The notes under the pieces are model-generated. The model ran no database searches. It saw only the letters and a list, made by a program, of their open reading frames with translations, and was not told the origin of the DNA. From contig JAHDDW010000006.1 in the NCBI GenBank assembly GCA_020629155.1, forward strand, positions 48,403 through 112,402: DNA of 64,000 bases, in the 5' to 3' direction. A program made the translations under genes and the position numbers. Shown here piece by piece: positions 26,486 through 35,773 of the stretch (positions are counted from its first letter, which is position 1; each line of letters starts with the position of its first letter). This DNA comes from Acidimicrobiales bacterium (lineage in GTDB: Bacteria > Actinomycetota > Acidimicrobiia > Acidimicrobiales > SZUA-35).

Positions 26486-27010
26486 ATGGACCGATTGTAT
26501 GCCGGTTGGCGAGTTCGCGAGTCAAATGAGCTAGCAAGTGATGGTCTCGTCCACGCTAACTTGTTGCCGAAAGATGGGTTGTCATTGTTTGAGACCATTG
26601 AACAAAGTGGGTTGCCTGATGAACGCACCTATGTGGTGCATCGGGGAGAAAAAGTTTTTTCCCTTATGAATATTTTTCCGTATGCGCCTGGACATGTCAT
26701 GGTGCTCCCGAAAAGAGCTGCGCCTACGATCGGTGATCTGACAGACGAAGAGTATACCCAACTTTGGGCTATGGTGAAGAAAGTGCGTGAAGTCGTGCTT
26801 GCTGCGTTTAGGCCACATGGTTTAAACATTGGATTAAACGAAGGTTCTGCGGGCGGTGGTTCGCAACCTGATCATGTGCACGTGCATGTGGTGCCTCGCT
26901 GGTCGCTTGATACAAGTTTTATGACAACTGTTGGAAACGCTCGTGTTTTGCCGTTTACGCTAGCAGATTCTTGGGAAAAGCTTCGCAAAAACTGGCCGTT
27001 AGATGTCTAA
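26486..27010 (+). CDS. HIT family hydrolase/phosphorylase
   Basis: The histidine triad is QPDHVHVHVVPRW. Its position after thrS matches the actinobacterial synteny I recall (Rv2613c). Confidence 0.85.
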   Translation: MDRLYAGWRVRESNELASDGLVHANLLPKDGLSLFETIEQSGLPDERTYVVHRGEKVFSLMNIFPYAPGHVMVLPKRAAPTIGDLTDEEYTQLWAMVKKVREVVLAAFRPHGLNIGLNEGSAGGGSQPDHVHVHVVPRWSLDTSFMTTVGNARVLPFTLADSWEKLRKNWPLDV

Positions 27011-27040
27011 CTAGCTATCGCAAGATAGGATATATTTATA

Positions 27041-27562
27041 ATGGTTGGCGATACTGCAGAAAATGTTGAGATAGGCAATGGGTCAGAGGTTGACGTTGTT
27101 GATGTTTTGCCTGATGATTTGCAGCCAGCATTAGCAGACAGGGACGAATATGTTTTTCCTAATAACTCTCGTCGTCGCATCCCAGGCTATCTTTATCTAG
27201 CGACAGCTGCCTTGCTGGCGCTTTGCTATTTCTTTTTCCCAGACAGCGCATACATAAACAAAGGAGTTTTGTACGCCGCTGTTTTTCTGTTCGTGTTGGG
27301 TGCCTACAGCGTACTTGCAGGCAGGAACCTTGCTGTTGATGAACGCCAAGCGTTGCTTTCTGCTTCTTCAGCATGCGGTTTTGCTGTAGGCCATGCCTCC
27401 GCTCAGATGGTTTGGCGAGGATGGCTAAGTAAACCAGTTTGGAGAATTCTACTTTTTTCGGCTGAGGAACCACCTTTGCAGCGAGGTTTCGTTGTTGTTG
27501 ACGGCACGACCAGCAAGGTGTTAGAGTCAATTGTCGAAGACAACCCTGACGATCTTGTCTAA
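27041..27562 (+). CDS. two-TM membrane protein, function unknown
   Basis: 173 aa with hydrophobic helices IPGYLYLATAALLALCYFFF and VLYAAVFLFVLGAYSVLA. No catalytic motif was recognised. Confidence 0.55.
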   Translation: MVGDTAENVEIGNGSEVDVVDVLPDDLQPALADRDEYVFPNNSRRRIPGYLYLATAALLALCYFFFPDSAYINKGVLYAAVFLFVLGAYSVLAGRNLAVDERQALLSASSACGFAVGHASAQMVWRGWLSKPVWRILLFSAEEPPLQRGFVVVDGTTSKVLESIVEDNPDDLV

Positions 27563-27573
27563 TCAGCCACATA

Positions 27574-27595
27574 AACCTATAAGCTTATAGAGGTT
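27574..27595. promoter_or_regulatory. palindrome AACCTATAAGCTTATAGAGGTT (candidate operator or small hairpin)
   Basis: CTATAAGCTTATAG (27577-27590) is a perfect 14-nt palindrome. It lies 14 nt after the stop of 27041-27562 and 37 nt before GTG 27628. Confidence 0.35.
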
Positions 27596-27627
27596 CATGC
27601 TGTCAAGTAGGTCTAGGGTGCAGTCAC

Positions 27628-28704
27628 GTGGACGATCTCGTTCAAGAAAATTCTGAAAAAGTTATTGTTGGTATAGAAGTCGGTCGACAGCTCGTCCGTG
27701 CGGTTGTGTTCGACGAAAAAAGTCGAACAATTACGGCCTATGCCGACAGCGCCAATATTTCTTTAGCTGATAGCAATGCAGCGAACCCTTCTCACGCACT
27801 TGTTTCTGTCTGGCGTAAACTTCAAATAGGTTTTTCGGCTAACGCTCGTGTGGCTGTTGCTGTCGGAGCAAAAAACTCTGGTATAGGCAGCGGTCCTGCA
27901 ATCGTTGATTGGATTGCATCGTTGGAGTCACAGTTAGGTAGACCTGTAGTGCGTGCAGGAGAGCCAGATAAAGGCGTTTCATATTTCCCAGAGTCTAACT
28001 TAGAGGCGGTGCTTACCTCATTTGATGCGATTGGTGTGTCGCCTGAACGTGTCGAGCTTGCACCGATCTCAGTTGCTCGCGTGCTCCCAAAGGGCGTAAC
28101 GTGTGCAGTAAGTGTTGATTCAAGCATCGGATGGCGAGCACGGCTACACACAGGTCATGTTTTAGAGGCGTTAGCATATCCTGATGGTTTTAATGACCAA
28201 GGCGTTATGGTCGAGTTGCCAGGTGCCGAAGCTACGAAATTAACAAAACTCACAAACATTTCGGTTGCCTCACATATATTCAAAGAAAATAATGTTGATA
28301 TAAGCTCGATCGCATGCGTTGCTGGTGCTGCGCTGGGCCTGCTTGAAACTAAAGCAATTGGCAATTTAAAAGCTTCCGATTCTGATGTTGCTGAGGATGA
28401 GGCGACAACACAAAAACTTAAAGCTGTGCAGGGTATTCCTGTTTCGACTGATGTGAGTTGGCCTGGTCCAGAGGGCTCTTCTGGCTCTCTTGCAGTGAAG
28501 CCATCAACTCGTCCTACTAGAGCGCCAACACATCGAGTAAAGAAAGTTACTGTTCCTAAAAGAAAAGTACGTGTAGCTTCTAAAGCGCGAATGGTTAAAC
28601 AGAAAGAATCACAACGTGTAAAGAAATTACAATTAGTTGTTGGTTTCCTATTCATACTAGCTATCTCAATGGGGCTGTTTCTCCTTGTGCGAGCGCTTGC
28701 CTAG
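27628..28704 (+). CDS. C-terminally membrane-anchored hypothetical protein (weak PilM/FtsA-like resemblance)
   Basis: 358 aa. The N-terminus reads VIVGIEVGRQLVRAVVFDEKSR and a later stretch reads VELAPISVARVL, both faintly actin-like. It ends in a basic stretch (KKVTVPKRKVRVASKARMVKQK) and a terminal TM helix (LVVGFLFILAISMGLFLLV). Confidence 0.5.
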   Translation: MDDLVQENSEKVIVGIEVGRQLVRAVVFDEKSRTITAYADSANISLADSNAANPSHALVSVWRKLQIGFSANARVAVAVGAKNSGIGSGPAIVDWIASLESQLGRPVVRAGEPDKGVSYFPESNLEAVLTSFDAIGVSPERVELAPISVARVLPKGVTCAVSVDSSIGWRARLHTGHVLEALAYPDGFNDQGVMVELPGAEATKLTKLTNISVASHIFKENNVDISSIACVAGAALGLLETKAIGNLKASDSDVAEDEATTQKLKAVQGIPVSTDVSWPGPEGSSGSLAVKPSTRPTRAPTHRVKKVTVPKRKVRVASKARMVKQKESQRVKKLQLVVGFLFILAISMGLFLLVRALA

Positions 28705-28826
28705 TAGTTATTTGCGCAGAATCTCTGTGTCGCGCGCTTGAGTCTTGCGAATGCAATATTGCCATTTGTTGCATAATAAAGGTACCCTTAAAGAGATACA
28801 ATGTCTGTTTGCCTAAGGTGGTAAAT

Positions 28827-29495
28827 ATGTTTGATGGTTCGTTTCGTACTGCGTTTGATAAAAGCGTCGTCCCTGTGGGGAGAAGGCTGCAAAAGTTAGG
28901 TGTTTCTCCAGATTTTATAACCTTTACAGGTGTTCTTATGGCAGGTGTCTGCGGCGTAGCAATAGGTCTTGGTCAGTTTCCACTTGCTCTCCTTTTGCTT
29001 ATTCTGACTGGTGTCCCGGATGCACTCGATGGCGCAGTCGCAAAAGCTGGCGGGAGGTCAGGCCCAAGGGGAGCGTTTCTTGATTCGGTTTCTGATCGTT
29101 TAAGCGATGCGCTTATTTTCGCTGGTTCTGGTTGGTATCTGTTAGAAAATGAGAACCCCCGCCTTGTCATGTTGCCTTTCGCTTTGTACATCGCAGCTTC
29201 GTTAGTGTCTTACGAACGTGCGAAAGCAGAATCGCTAGGGTTTGACGCTAAAGGCGGCATTATGGAACGAGCTGAACGGTTTATCGCTCTTGGGTTCGGG
29301 CTACTTTTCAATCCTTGGTTTACCTATACGCTTTGGGTGATGCTCGCCTTAACAGTTGTGACAGTGGGTACACGTTTTGTCAAAGTGTGGAAACAAGCAT
29401 CTGTCGATACGCCTAAACCTGCTCGTCGAACACGTCGACGCAGTCGCCGTCGCGCGTCTGGCCGTTCGACAAGGCGTCAGGCTTCACAAAGATAG
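28827..29495 (+). CDS. pgsA: CDP-alcohol phosphatidyltransferase (phosphatidylinositol-phosphate synthase-like)
   Basis: The CDP-alcohol motif D-x2-DG-x2-AR...G-x3-D-x3-D is readable as DALDGAVAKAGGRSGPRGAFLDSVSDRLSDA. ATG 28827 follows AAGGTGG. The C-terminus is Arg-rich. Confidence 0.85.
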   Translation: MFDGSFRTAFDKSVVPVGRRLQKLGVSPDFITFTGVLMAGVCGVAIGLGQFPLALLLLILTGVPDALDGAVAKAGGRSGPRGAFLDSVSDRLSDALIFAGSGWYLLENENPRLVMLPFALYIAASLVSYERAKAESLGFDAKGGIMERAERFIALGFGLLFNPWFTYTLWVMLALTVVTVGTRFVKVWKQASVDTPKPARRTRRRSRRRASGRSTRRQASQR

Positions 29496-29530
29496 AAGCG
29501 AAGAATTTAGGAATTGGTAAAGATTCTAAG

Positions 29531-30388
29531 ATGAGTCGCCCATTTTTGTTAATCAAAGCAGCTGAGACGCTCGTCCGTTTTGTTCCGCTGCGTATTAGCG
29601 TGCCTCTTTCTGAACGTCTTGGCCGTTTTTGGGCTTCTCGATTTCCTAAAAAAACTGGTTACTTGCGGGAAAATTATGCCCGTGTTGTCCCTGATGCATC
29701 GCCAGAAGAACTTGACCGTTTAGTGGCGAAAGGGTATGGATCGTATGCCCGTTATTGGGTTGAGTCGCTTAAAATGCCGCATGTCAGTTCGAACGCAACA
29801 GATGCAGGTTTCTCTGTTGCAGGGTTTGAAAATATTGAAGAGACCCTATCGGCTGGGTATGGTCCTATTCTTGCGCTGCCACATCTCGGTGGCTGGGAAT
29901 GGGGCGCTGCGTGGCTTTATAGAGAAAAAAACATGCATGTCAGCGCGGTTGTCGAAAGAGTTAAACCCGATGATGTTTTCAACTGGTTTATCAAGCTTCG
30001 ACAGAGCTACGGAATAGAGGTTATCCCTCTCGGCAAGGGTTCTATGGGGGCTTTGCAGAAAGCAGTGAAGAAGCAAAACATTGTTTGTTTGCTTTGTGAT
30101 CGAGATCTTGCTGGCAATGGTATCGCCGTAGAGTTTTTTGGCGAAAAAACTACTTTCCCAGTGGGACCCGTAGTTCTTTCGAAAAGGACAGGTGCCCCTA
30201 TTCTTCCTACCGCTGTTTTTTTCGACGGTGCGAAGCGGCATTGTATTGTTGGTGAACCTATCTGGCCAGATAAAAACGTGTCTGTAAAAGACAGTATGCA
30301 AGACACGATGCAGTTAGTGGCCGTTGCTTTTGAAGAGCTGATACGTAAAGCTCCTGAACAGTGGCACGTGACTTCACGAGTCTGGTAA
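29531..30388 (+). CDS. lauroyl/myristoyl (LpxL/HtrB-type) acyltransferase, PIM acyltransferase-like
   Basis: 285 aa. The LpxL-family HX4D-region context is LALPHLGGWEW. Its position between pgsA and pimA matches M. tuberculosis Rv2611c as I recall it. Confidence 0.75.
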   Translation: MSRPFLLIKAAETLVRFVPLRISVPLSERLGRFWASRFPKKTGYLRENYARVVPDASPEELDRLVAKGYGSYARYWVESLKMPHVSSNATDAGFSVAGFENIEETLSAGYGPILALPHLGGWEWGAAWLYREKNMHVSAVVERVKPDDVFNWFIKLRQSYGIEVIPLGKGSMGALQKAVKKQNIVCLLCDRDLAGNGIAVEFFGEKTTFPVGPVVLSKRTGAPILPTAVFFDGAKRHCIVGEPIWPDKNVSVKDSMQDTMQLVAVAFEELIRKAPEQWHVTSRVW

Positions 30389-30490
30389 AACAAAAAAGCA
30401 AGAAGTACATGCTTTAAAGATTTTGTCATATTTTTGCGACTTTTTTATGCCGCTGATTTATTTGACACATTTGCGATTACCTTAGTAGTA

Positions 30491-31561
30491 GTGCGTATAG
30501 GTATGGTTTGCCCATATAGCTTGGCCGTTCGAGGCGGTGTGCAAGCTCAAGTTTTAGGCCTTTCGAGGACGCTGCGCGCCATGGGTGTTGACGTGCAAGT
30601 TTTAGCTCCATGTGATGGCCAACCGCCAGAGACTTGGGTTACGCCGTTAGGTAATTCGATTCCCTATGCCCAAAACGGTTCGATCGCACCGTTAGCGCCT
30701 GATCCAGCAGCACAGTTTCGTATGCTTGGCGCAATTAAAGATTTTCGGTTTGATCTGCTTCATTTGCATGAACCGTTAGCGCCTGGTCCGACATTCACTA
30801 GTGTGCTTGTGAAGCCTGTGCCGTTGGTTGGTACGTTCCATGCAAGTGGAAGAATCGGGATTTATCGCTGGGCGAGGCCATTCTTGCGTCGCTTGGCAGC
30901 GAAGATTGATACGAAAATAGCTGTTTCGCAAGAGGCTGCTGCGATGGCGCAGCGAAATATTCGCGGCGACTATGACATACTTTTCAATGGTATCGAAATG
31001 TCGCAGTTTGCTTCTAGAACAACTGTTGCTAAAGAAGGTCCGACTATTTTATTTCTCGGTCGCCATGAGCCTCGCAAAGGATTGTCATTGCTGCTTGAAG
31101 CGTTGCAGATGCTTCCAGATAACGTTTCGTTATGGGTCGCTGGTGAAGGCCCTGAGACTACTGAACTACGAGCGCGATATGGCGAAGATGGGCGCATATC
31201 GTGGTTAGGGTTTGTATCTGAGGCTGAAAAGATCGCTCGGTTACAAGCGGCCGACATTTTTTGTGCTCCTTCGTTGGGTGGCGAAAGTTTTGGTATCGTC
31301 CTTCTTGAAGCTATGGCGGCTGGCACAGCTGTTGTAGCCAGCGACTTAGTTGCCTACAAAGCAGTGGCAAGAAACAATCAGGACGCGTTTTTCTTCCGAA
31401 CAGGTGATGCTGATTCTTTAGCAAAAACACTGTTAGACACGTTAGACAATGAAGTAAAAACCCAGGCCGCGATAGCGAGCGGCTTACTTCGCGCCGAACA
31501 ATTCTCAATGAAGACTTTAGCAGAGGCCTATCTCATCAAATATGAGCAGCTTCTTCGTTAG
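30491..31561 (+). CDS. pimA: GT4 glycosyltransferase, phosphatidylinositol mannosyltransferase PimA-like
   Basis: From GTG 30491 the protein starts (M)RIGMVCPYSLAVRGGVQAQVLGLSRTLRAMGVDVQVLAP, close to the PimA N-terminus I remember. The GT4 C-terminal motif is ESFGIVLLEAMAAGTAVVASD. Confidence 0.85.
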   Translation: MRIGMVCPYSLAVRGGVQAQVLGLSRTLRAMGVDVQVLAPCDGQPPETWVTPLGNSIPYAQNGSIAPLAPDPAAQFRMLGAIKDFRFDLLHLHEPLAPGPTFTSVLVKPVPLVGTFHASGRIGIYRWARPFLRRLAAKIDTKIAVSQEAAAMAQRNIRGDYDILFNGIEMSQFASRTTVAKEGPTILFLGRHEPRKGLSLLLEALQMLPDNVSLWVAGEGPETTELRARYGEDGRISWLGFVSEAEKIARLQAADIFCAPSLGGESFGIVLLEAMAAGTAVVASDLVAYKAVARNNQDAFFFRTGDADSLAKTLLDTLDNEVKTQAAIASGLLRAEQFSMKTLAEAYLIKYEQLLR

Positions 31562-31627
31562 ACTTTCGCTTGTATATGAATCCTTCTTGATGATATCTCT
31601 ACGGTGCTAGTACGCAGCTCGTAGTAT

Positions 31628-32443
31628 TTGCCTGCTAGTATTTACTTCGTGACTAAATTACTTGATACGCCTCGTTATAGCAAAGTTGTTGTGATGGCAA
31701 TTGCAGCATTTCTTTTGTTTATCCCCCTTTCTATCCTACTTGGTTTGGTTGCTTGGTTATTGCCAATTCCGTTTGCCCTGGGCCTTCTAGCAGCTGCTGT
31801 TTTTGCTGTTGTCCCCGTTTTTGTTTGGGCTAAAAAAGCTGGCTCAATTATGCTGCGTAGTTTAGAATTGACACCAGCGAAAGGTCACAGAGAAACAGGT
31901 TTTATCAATCTTGTTGAAGGCTTGTCACTAACCGCTGGCGTCGCCGAACCGCAGTGCTATGTGTTAGAGGACCAAGCCCGTAACGCAATGGTGGTCGCCG
32001 ATGATTCGGTCCAAGCGTTGGTCGTGACCAGAGGTTTGCTTGAGTCATTACAGCGCGTTGAGCTCGAAGGCGTTGTCGCCGAATTATTGGTTCAGATCAA
32101 AAACGGGGACGCACAGAAAGCAACTTTTGTCAGCGCGTTATTTGGCCAGACTATTTTGAATCGGAGCGGGCTTTCATTCTTATGGCCACTCGTGTCTTGG
32201 TTATACCGCAACGTCTTAAGCGCTGAACGATCGCTAGCAGCCGATCGTCTAGCTGTTGGGCTGACGCGATACCCTCCAGGCCTTCGTGATGCGTTTTGTG
32301 TTATAAAAGAGGGCAATGTTAAACCAGCTGCAACAACAAAAGGCAATGAGTGTTTGTGGTGTGTCGCACCTTCTTCGCGCGGTCCTTTACAATCGTCAGG
32401 TTCTGAAATAGGTTTACGTATCGATGTTCTAGGAGAACTATAA
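31628..32443 (+). CDS. HtpX/M48-peptidase homologue lacking the HExxH zinc motif (probable pseudo-peptidase)
   Basis: It has TM helices, then NAMVVADDSVQALVVTRGLLESLQRVELEGVVAELLVQIKNGD. This aligns with the M48 core NAFA...VTxGLLxxLxxxELxxVLAHELGHIxxxD. AELLV occupies the HELGH position. Confidence 0.6.
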   Translation: MPASIYFVTKLLDTPRYSKVVVMAIAAFLLFIPLSILLGLVAWLLPIPFALGLLAAAVFAVVPVFVWAKKAGSIMLRSLELTPAKGHRETGFINLVEGLSLTAGVAEPQCYVLEDQARNAMVVADDSVQALVVTRGLLESLQRVELEGVVAELLVQIKNGDAQKATFVSALFGQTILNRSGLSFLWPLVSWLYRNVLSAERSLAADRLAVGLTRYPPGLRDAFCVIKEGNVKPAATTKGNECLWCVAPSSRGPLQSSGSEIGLRIDVLGEL

Positions 32444-33490
32444 GTGAAATCGTTGCAAGCAAAACATTGGGCGGCCATTAGTCTTTCAGTGTTCTTGATT
32501 TTGCTTGTATTCGTGTGGGGCGGTAACGATATAAAGAAAGAAGTGACAGCTAGCGAGCCATCATCTGCTTCTTCAACGGCGTTGCCTCCTGCTAATGCTG
32601 TGGCCCCAGTGCCATCGACAGTGCAACCTTTTACCGGTCTTCCACTAGTAGACGGCGTGGACTTGCCTCCAAAACCTTTGCTTATGAAAATAGGGAACCA
32701 CCCTAAATCGCGGCCACAATCTGGCTTAGATATGGCTGACATAGTTTTTGAACTGCGAGCTGAAAGTATCACTCGGTTCATTGCAGTGTTTCACTCGCAA
32801 CTTCCAGAAAAAGTAGGTCCTGTTCGTTCGGCTCGGACCTCGGACCTTGACATAATCGAAGGGTTCGGTTCGCCACTTTTCGGCTATTCAGGAAGCAATG
32901 TTATTGTTAAAAGGCGTTTAGATAGCACTGAAGCGCAGCTCTTTTCTGAAGAGAATTCCCAACTTTTCTTTCGTGACGCCTCCCGAAGCCGTCCATACAA
33001 TTTGTATGTGAATCCTGATCATTTGCTAGAGAAGGCACAAGGGGCGGAGATCAAACCATGGTTTACCTATAAGAAGGCAAACACCAGTATCGATTTGCAA
33101 GAGCCCCCTTCGCCAGTGAAAGTAGATTTTACAGATGCACCCACGGTTGTCTTTACCTGGGATGAGTCGCTTAAAGGGTGGACACGGACACAAAACGGTA
33201 AACCTCATATTTCTAACAACGATGAGCTTTTGGCTCCAAAAAATGTTGTAATTATGATTACCACCTATCAACAAAGCACAGCTGATAGTCTTTCCCCTGA
33301 GCTGGTTTCAACTGGTGGCGGCGCTGCCGTAGTGCTTAGTGAAGGTGCGGTTCGTAACGGAACGTGGTCTCGTCCTACTAAAAAAGATGCTGTCGTGTTA
33401 AAAGATATAAGTGGCGAAGTACTAGAACTAGCGCCTGGCCAGACGTGGGTTGTCTACCCAGAAGCGGGTCAAGTTAGCTTCGGTGAATAG
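32444..33490 (+). CDS. DUF3048 (YerB-like) domain protein, secreted or anchored
   Basis: The signal/anchor is HWAAISLSVFLILLVFVWG. The core LLMKIGNHPKSRPQSGLDMADIVFELRAESITRFIAVFHS...VGPVRSARTSD is typical of DUF3048. Confidence 0.7.
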   Translation: MKSLQAKHWAAISLSVFLILLVFVWGGNDIKKEVTASEPSSASSTALPPANAVAPVPSTVQPFTGLPLVDGVDLPPKPLLMKIGNHPKSRPQSGLDMADIVFELRAESITRFIAVFHSQLPEKVGPVRSARTSDLDIIEGFGSPLFGYSGSNVIVKRRLDSTEAQLFSEENSQLFFRDASRSRPYNLYVNPDHLLEKAQGAEIKPWFTYKKANTSIDLQEPPSPVKVDFTDAPTVVFTWDESLKGWTRTQNGKPHISNNDELLAPKNVVIMITTYQQSTADSLSPELVSTGGGAAVVLSEGAVRNGTWSRPTKKDAVVLKDISGEVLELAPGQTWVVYPEAGQVSFGE

Positions 33491-33529
33491 ATAGCGTTCG
33501 TCCCACATTGCGGTTCTATGGCGTTTAAT

Positions 33530-33554
33530 CAGTATTCTTGCTGGTTCGCTAAGC
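33530..33554 (+). repeat. weak, decayed copy (I) of the recurrent element box
   Basis: CAGTATTCTTGCTGGTTCGCTAAGC compares with CAGTATTCCCGCTCCGCTCAGGG of copy A. It lies 40 nt after the stop of 32444-33490. Confidence 0.3.
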
Positions 33555-33592
33555 TTACATAGAGCTAGTACCTTGAGATGTGGAGAAGATAT

Positions 33593-34105
33593 ATGAAGAA
33601 AATCGTAGTTGTAACTGCTGCTGCTGGATTATTATTTTCAGCTTGTGGCGAAAGCGGAGCAAGTCTAAGCGCTGATGAGCAGGCAGTAGCAGATCAGATT
33701 AGTGAACAGTTTATTGAGGAGTTTGCTTCTTTTGAAGGTTCTGATCTAGGGAAGTCTGATGGCGATTGTGTAGGCGAGAAGTACGTACAGGAACTTGGAA
33801 CCGAGCGTCTTGCCGAACTGCAAGTTACTGCTGAGGATGCTTCAGCGATAAGCGACGCCGATTTCAGCGCTGATGAAGGAAAGAAAAACTTGTCGATAAT
33901 GAAAGATTGCGTTGGGCTTGACAAGTTCCTTATCAATAGTTTTCGGGCTAGTGGCGTAGAAAAAACTGATGCTGAATGTGTTATAGAAAAAGTAGACATG
34001 GGCGCTTTAGAAGATTCATTTGGCGATCCTGAAGATGAAGAACTTGACAAGAAAGCTACTGATGAGCTCGAAAAGGCAGCTGAAGAATGTGAAGTAGATT
34101 TCTAA
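33593..34105 (+). CDS. acidic lipoprotein, function unknown
   Basis: The lipobox signal is MKKIVVVTAAAGLLFSACGES. The mature part is D/E-rich with four Cys. GGAGAAG precedes ATG 33593. Confidence 0.65.
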   Translation: MKKIVVVTAAAGLLFSACGESGASLSADEQAVADQISEQFIEEFASFEGSDLGKSDGDCVGEKYVQELGTERLAELQVTAEDASAISDADFSADEGKKNLSIMKDCVGLDKFLINSFRASGVEKTDAECVIEKVDMGALEDSFGDPEDEELDKKATDELEKAAEECEVDF

Positions 34106-34132
34106 CCTTTGCCAAGAAGAAAAATAGTGTAC

Positions 34133-34172
34133 TAGAAATCCCCTGATCATAATCAGGGGATTTCTATTTGTT
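34133..34172 (+). terminator. Rho-independent terminator
   Basis: TAGAAATCCCCTGAT-cata-ATCAGGGGATTTCTA is a perfect 15-bp stem. It is followed by TTTGTT. Confidence 0.85.
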
Positions 34173-34253
34173 GCCTAGCAAGATTCGAAAGAGAATGCGT
34201 TTGTTGTTGCATGATGACAACGAAAAAGCGATTCTAGAGATAGCCTGATAGAT

Positions 34254-35153
34254 ATGTCTGGTAACGATACTGAAAAATCTACTGTCGGAACGCTGCGAGT
34301 TAAACGAGGATTAGCAGAGATGCTTAAAGGCGGTGTCATTATGGATGTCGTCAACCCTGAGCAAGCTAAAATAGCTGAAGATAATGGTGCATGCGCTGTT
34401 ATGGCCCTAGAGCGTGTTCCTGCCGATATTCGTCGTGACGGGGGAGTAGCTCGTATGAGCGACCCTGAAATGATTGAAGGTATTAAAGAGGTAGCGTCGG
34501 TGCCAGTTATGGCAAAAGCACGCATTGGTCATTTTGTTGAAGCGCAGATTTTAGAGTCGTTACAGGTTGACTACATCGATGAATCAGAAGTGTTAACACC
34601 TGCTGACGAAACGCACCACATTGACAAGTTCGCATTCACTGTGCCTTTTGTTTGCGGTGCAACAAACTTAGGAGAAGCGCTGCGTCGTATCAGCGAAGGC
34701 GCCTGTATGATCCGTTCTAAAGGCGAAGCTGGGACAGGTAATATCGTCGAAGCCGTTCGTCATCTTCGTGCTATAACAGGCGATATTCGCAAACTCACAC
34801 AAGCAGATGAAGCCGAACTTTTTGAATGGGCAAAGCAGTTACAAGCGCCGCTTCCTCTTGTGCAAGAAATCGCTGAAACAGGCAAGCTTCCTGTGCCACT
34901 ATTTTGTGCAGGCGGTATAGCAACACCTGCTGATGCAGCATTAGCAATGCAGCTTGGCGCAGATGCTGTTTTTGTCGGTTCAGGCATTTTTAAAAGCAAT
35001 GATCCAGCGCCTCGTGCGCGTGCCATTGTCGAAGCGGTAACGCACTTCAATAACCCTGATCTGCTTGCAAAGGTAAGCCGTAATTTAGGGGCGCCGATGA
35101 CAGGCATTGAAATGGATGATATTAACACAAAGATGGCAGACCGAGGTTGGTAA
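34254..35153 (+). CDS. pdxS: pyridoxal 5'-phosphate synthase, lyase subunit
   Basis: Diagnostic stretches are [49 protein letters not shown] and [18 protein letters not shown]. Confidence 0.95.
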   Translation: MSGNDTEKSTVGTLRVKRGLAEMLKGGVIMDVVNPEQAKIAEDNGACAVMALERVPADIRRDGGVARMSDPEMIEGIKEVASVPVMAKARIGHFVEAQILESLQVDYIDESEVLTPADETHHIDKFAFTVPFVCGATNLGEALRRISEGACMIRSKGEAGTGNIVEAVRHLRAITGDIRKLTQADEAELFEWAKQLQAPLPLVQEIAETGKLPVPLFCAGGIATPADAALAMQLGADAVFVGSGIFKSNDPAPRARAIVEAVTHFNNPDLLAKVSRNLGAPMTGIEMDDINTKMADRGW

Positions 35154-35710
35154 AGGTCGCTGTTCTTGCGCTGCAAGGTGCTTTTGCGAAGCATTGCGAA
35201 GCGGTAGCGCTATGTGGGCATACTCCTGTTGTTACACGTTCAGCCAGCGAACTGGCTAGGTGTGACGCACTTATACTTCCTGGTGGCGAGTCGACGGTTA
35301 TTTCTAAACTGCTTGTTTCTAATGGGTTAGTCGAACCTATACGAGGCTTTATAGCCTCGCAAGCCCCAGTGTTTGGAACCTGCGCCGGTATGATTGTGCT
35401 TTCGCAGCCAAAACCGCTTGAACAAGGTATTCGTTTCTCTGCTATACATATTGAAGTCGATCGCAACGGTTATGGTAGCCAAATAGCTTCTTTTGAAGTG
35501 CCTGTTACTGTTCTAGCTCTTGGTAGTAAGCCATTTCAATCTGTTTTTATTAGAGCACCAAAAGTAACAAGAGTGGGAGAGCATGTTAGGGTGCTCGCAA
35601 GTCATGATGGTACGCCTGTCTTGTGTCAAGAAAACAACGTTCTAACGGCATCATTCCACCCAGAACTCACCGATGATATTCGTTTGCATGAATATTTTCT
35701 CAGACAGTAA
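35147..35710 (+). CDS. pdxT: pyridoxal 5'-phosphate synthase, glutaminase subunit
   Basis: Diagnostic stretches are [29 protein letters not shown] (catalytic Cys) and SFHPELTDD. It overlaps the pdxS stop. Confidence 0.9.
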   Translation: MVKVAVLALQGAFAKHCEAVALCGHTPVVTRSASELARCDALILPGGESTVISKLLVSNGLVEPIRGFIASQAPVFGTCAGMIVLSQPKPLEQGIRFSAIHIEVDRNGYGSQIASFEVPVTVLALGSKPFQSVFIRAPKVTRVGEHVRVLASHDGTPVLCQENNVLTASFHPELTDDIRLHEYFLRQ

Positions 35711-35773
35711 GGCGCATCGAGCCTGCGATGCAATCCGATAAGGTGAAGTTTATTCACCATATTGAAAGGCCGC

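Noticed and set aside
32092-32781. 229-aa reverse-strand ORF spanning the M48-like/DUF3048 junction
   Set aside because: It is antisense to two forward genes with clear family motifs. Its translation is low-complexity (G/S/R/P-rich) with no motif. It is a typical shadow ORF.
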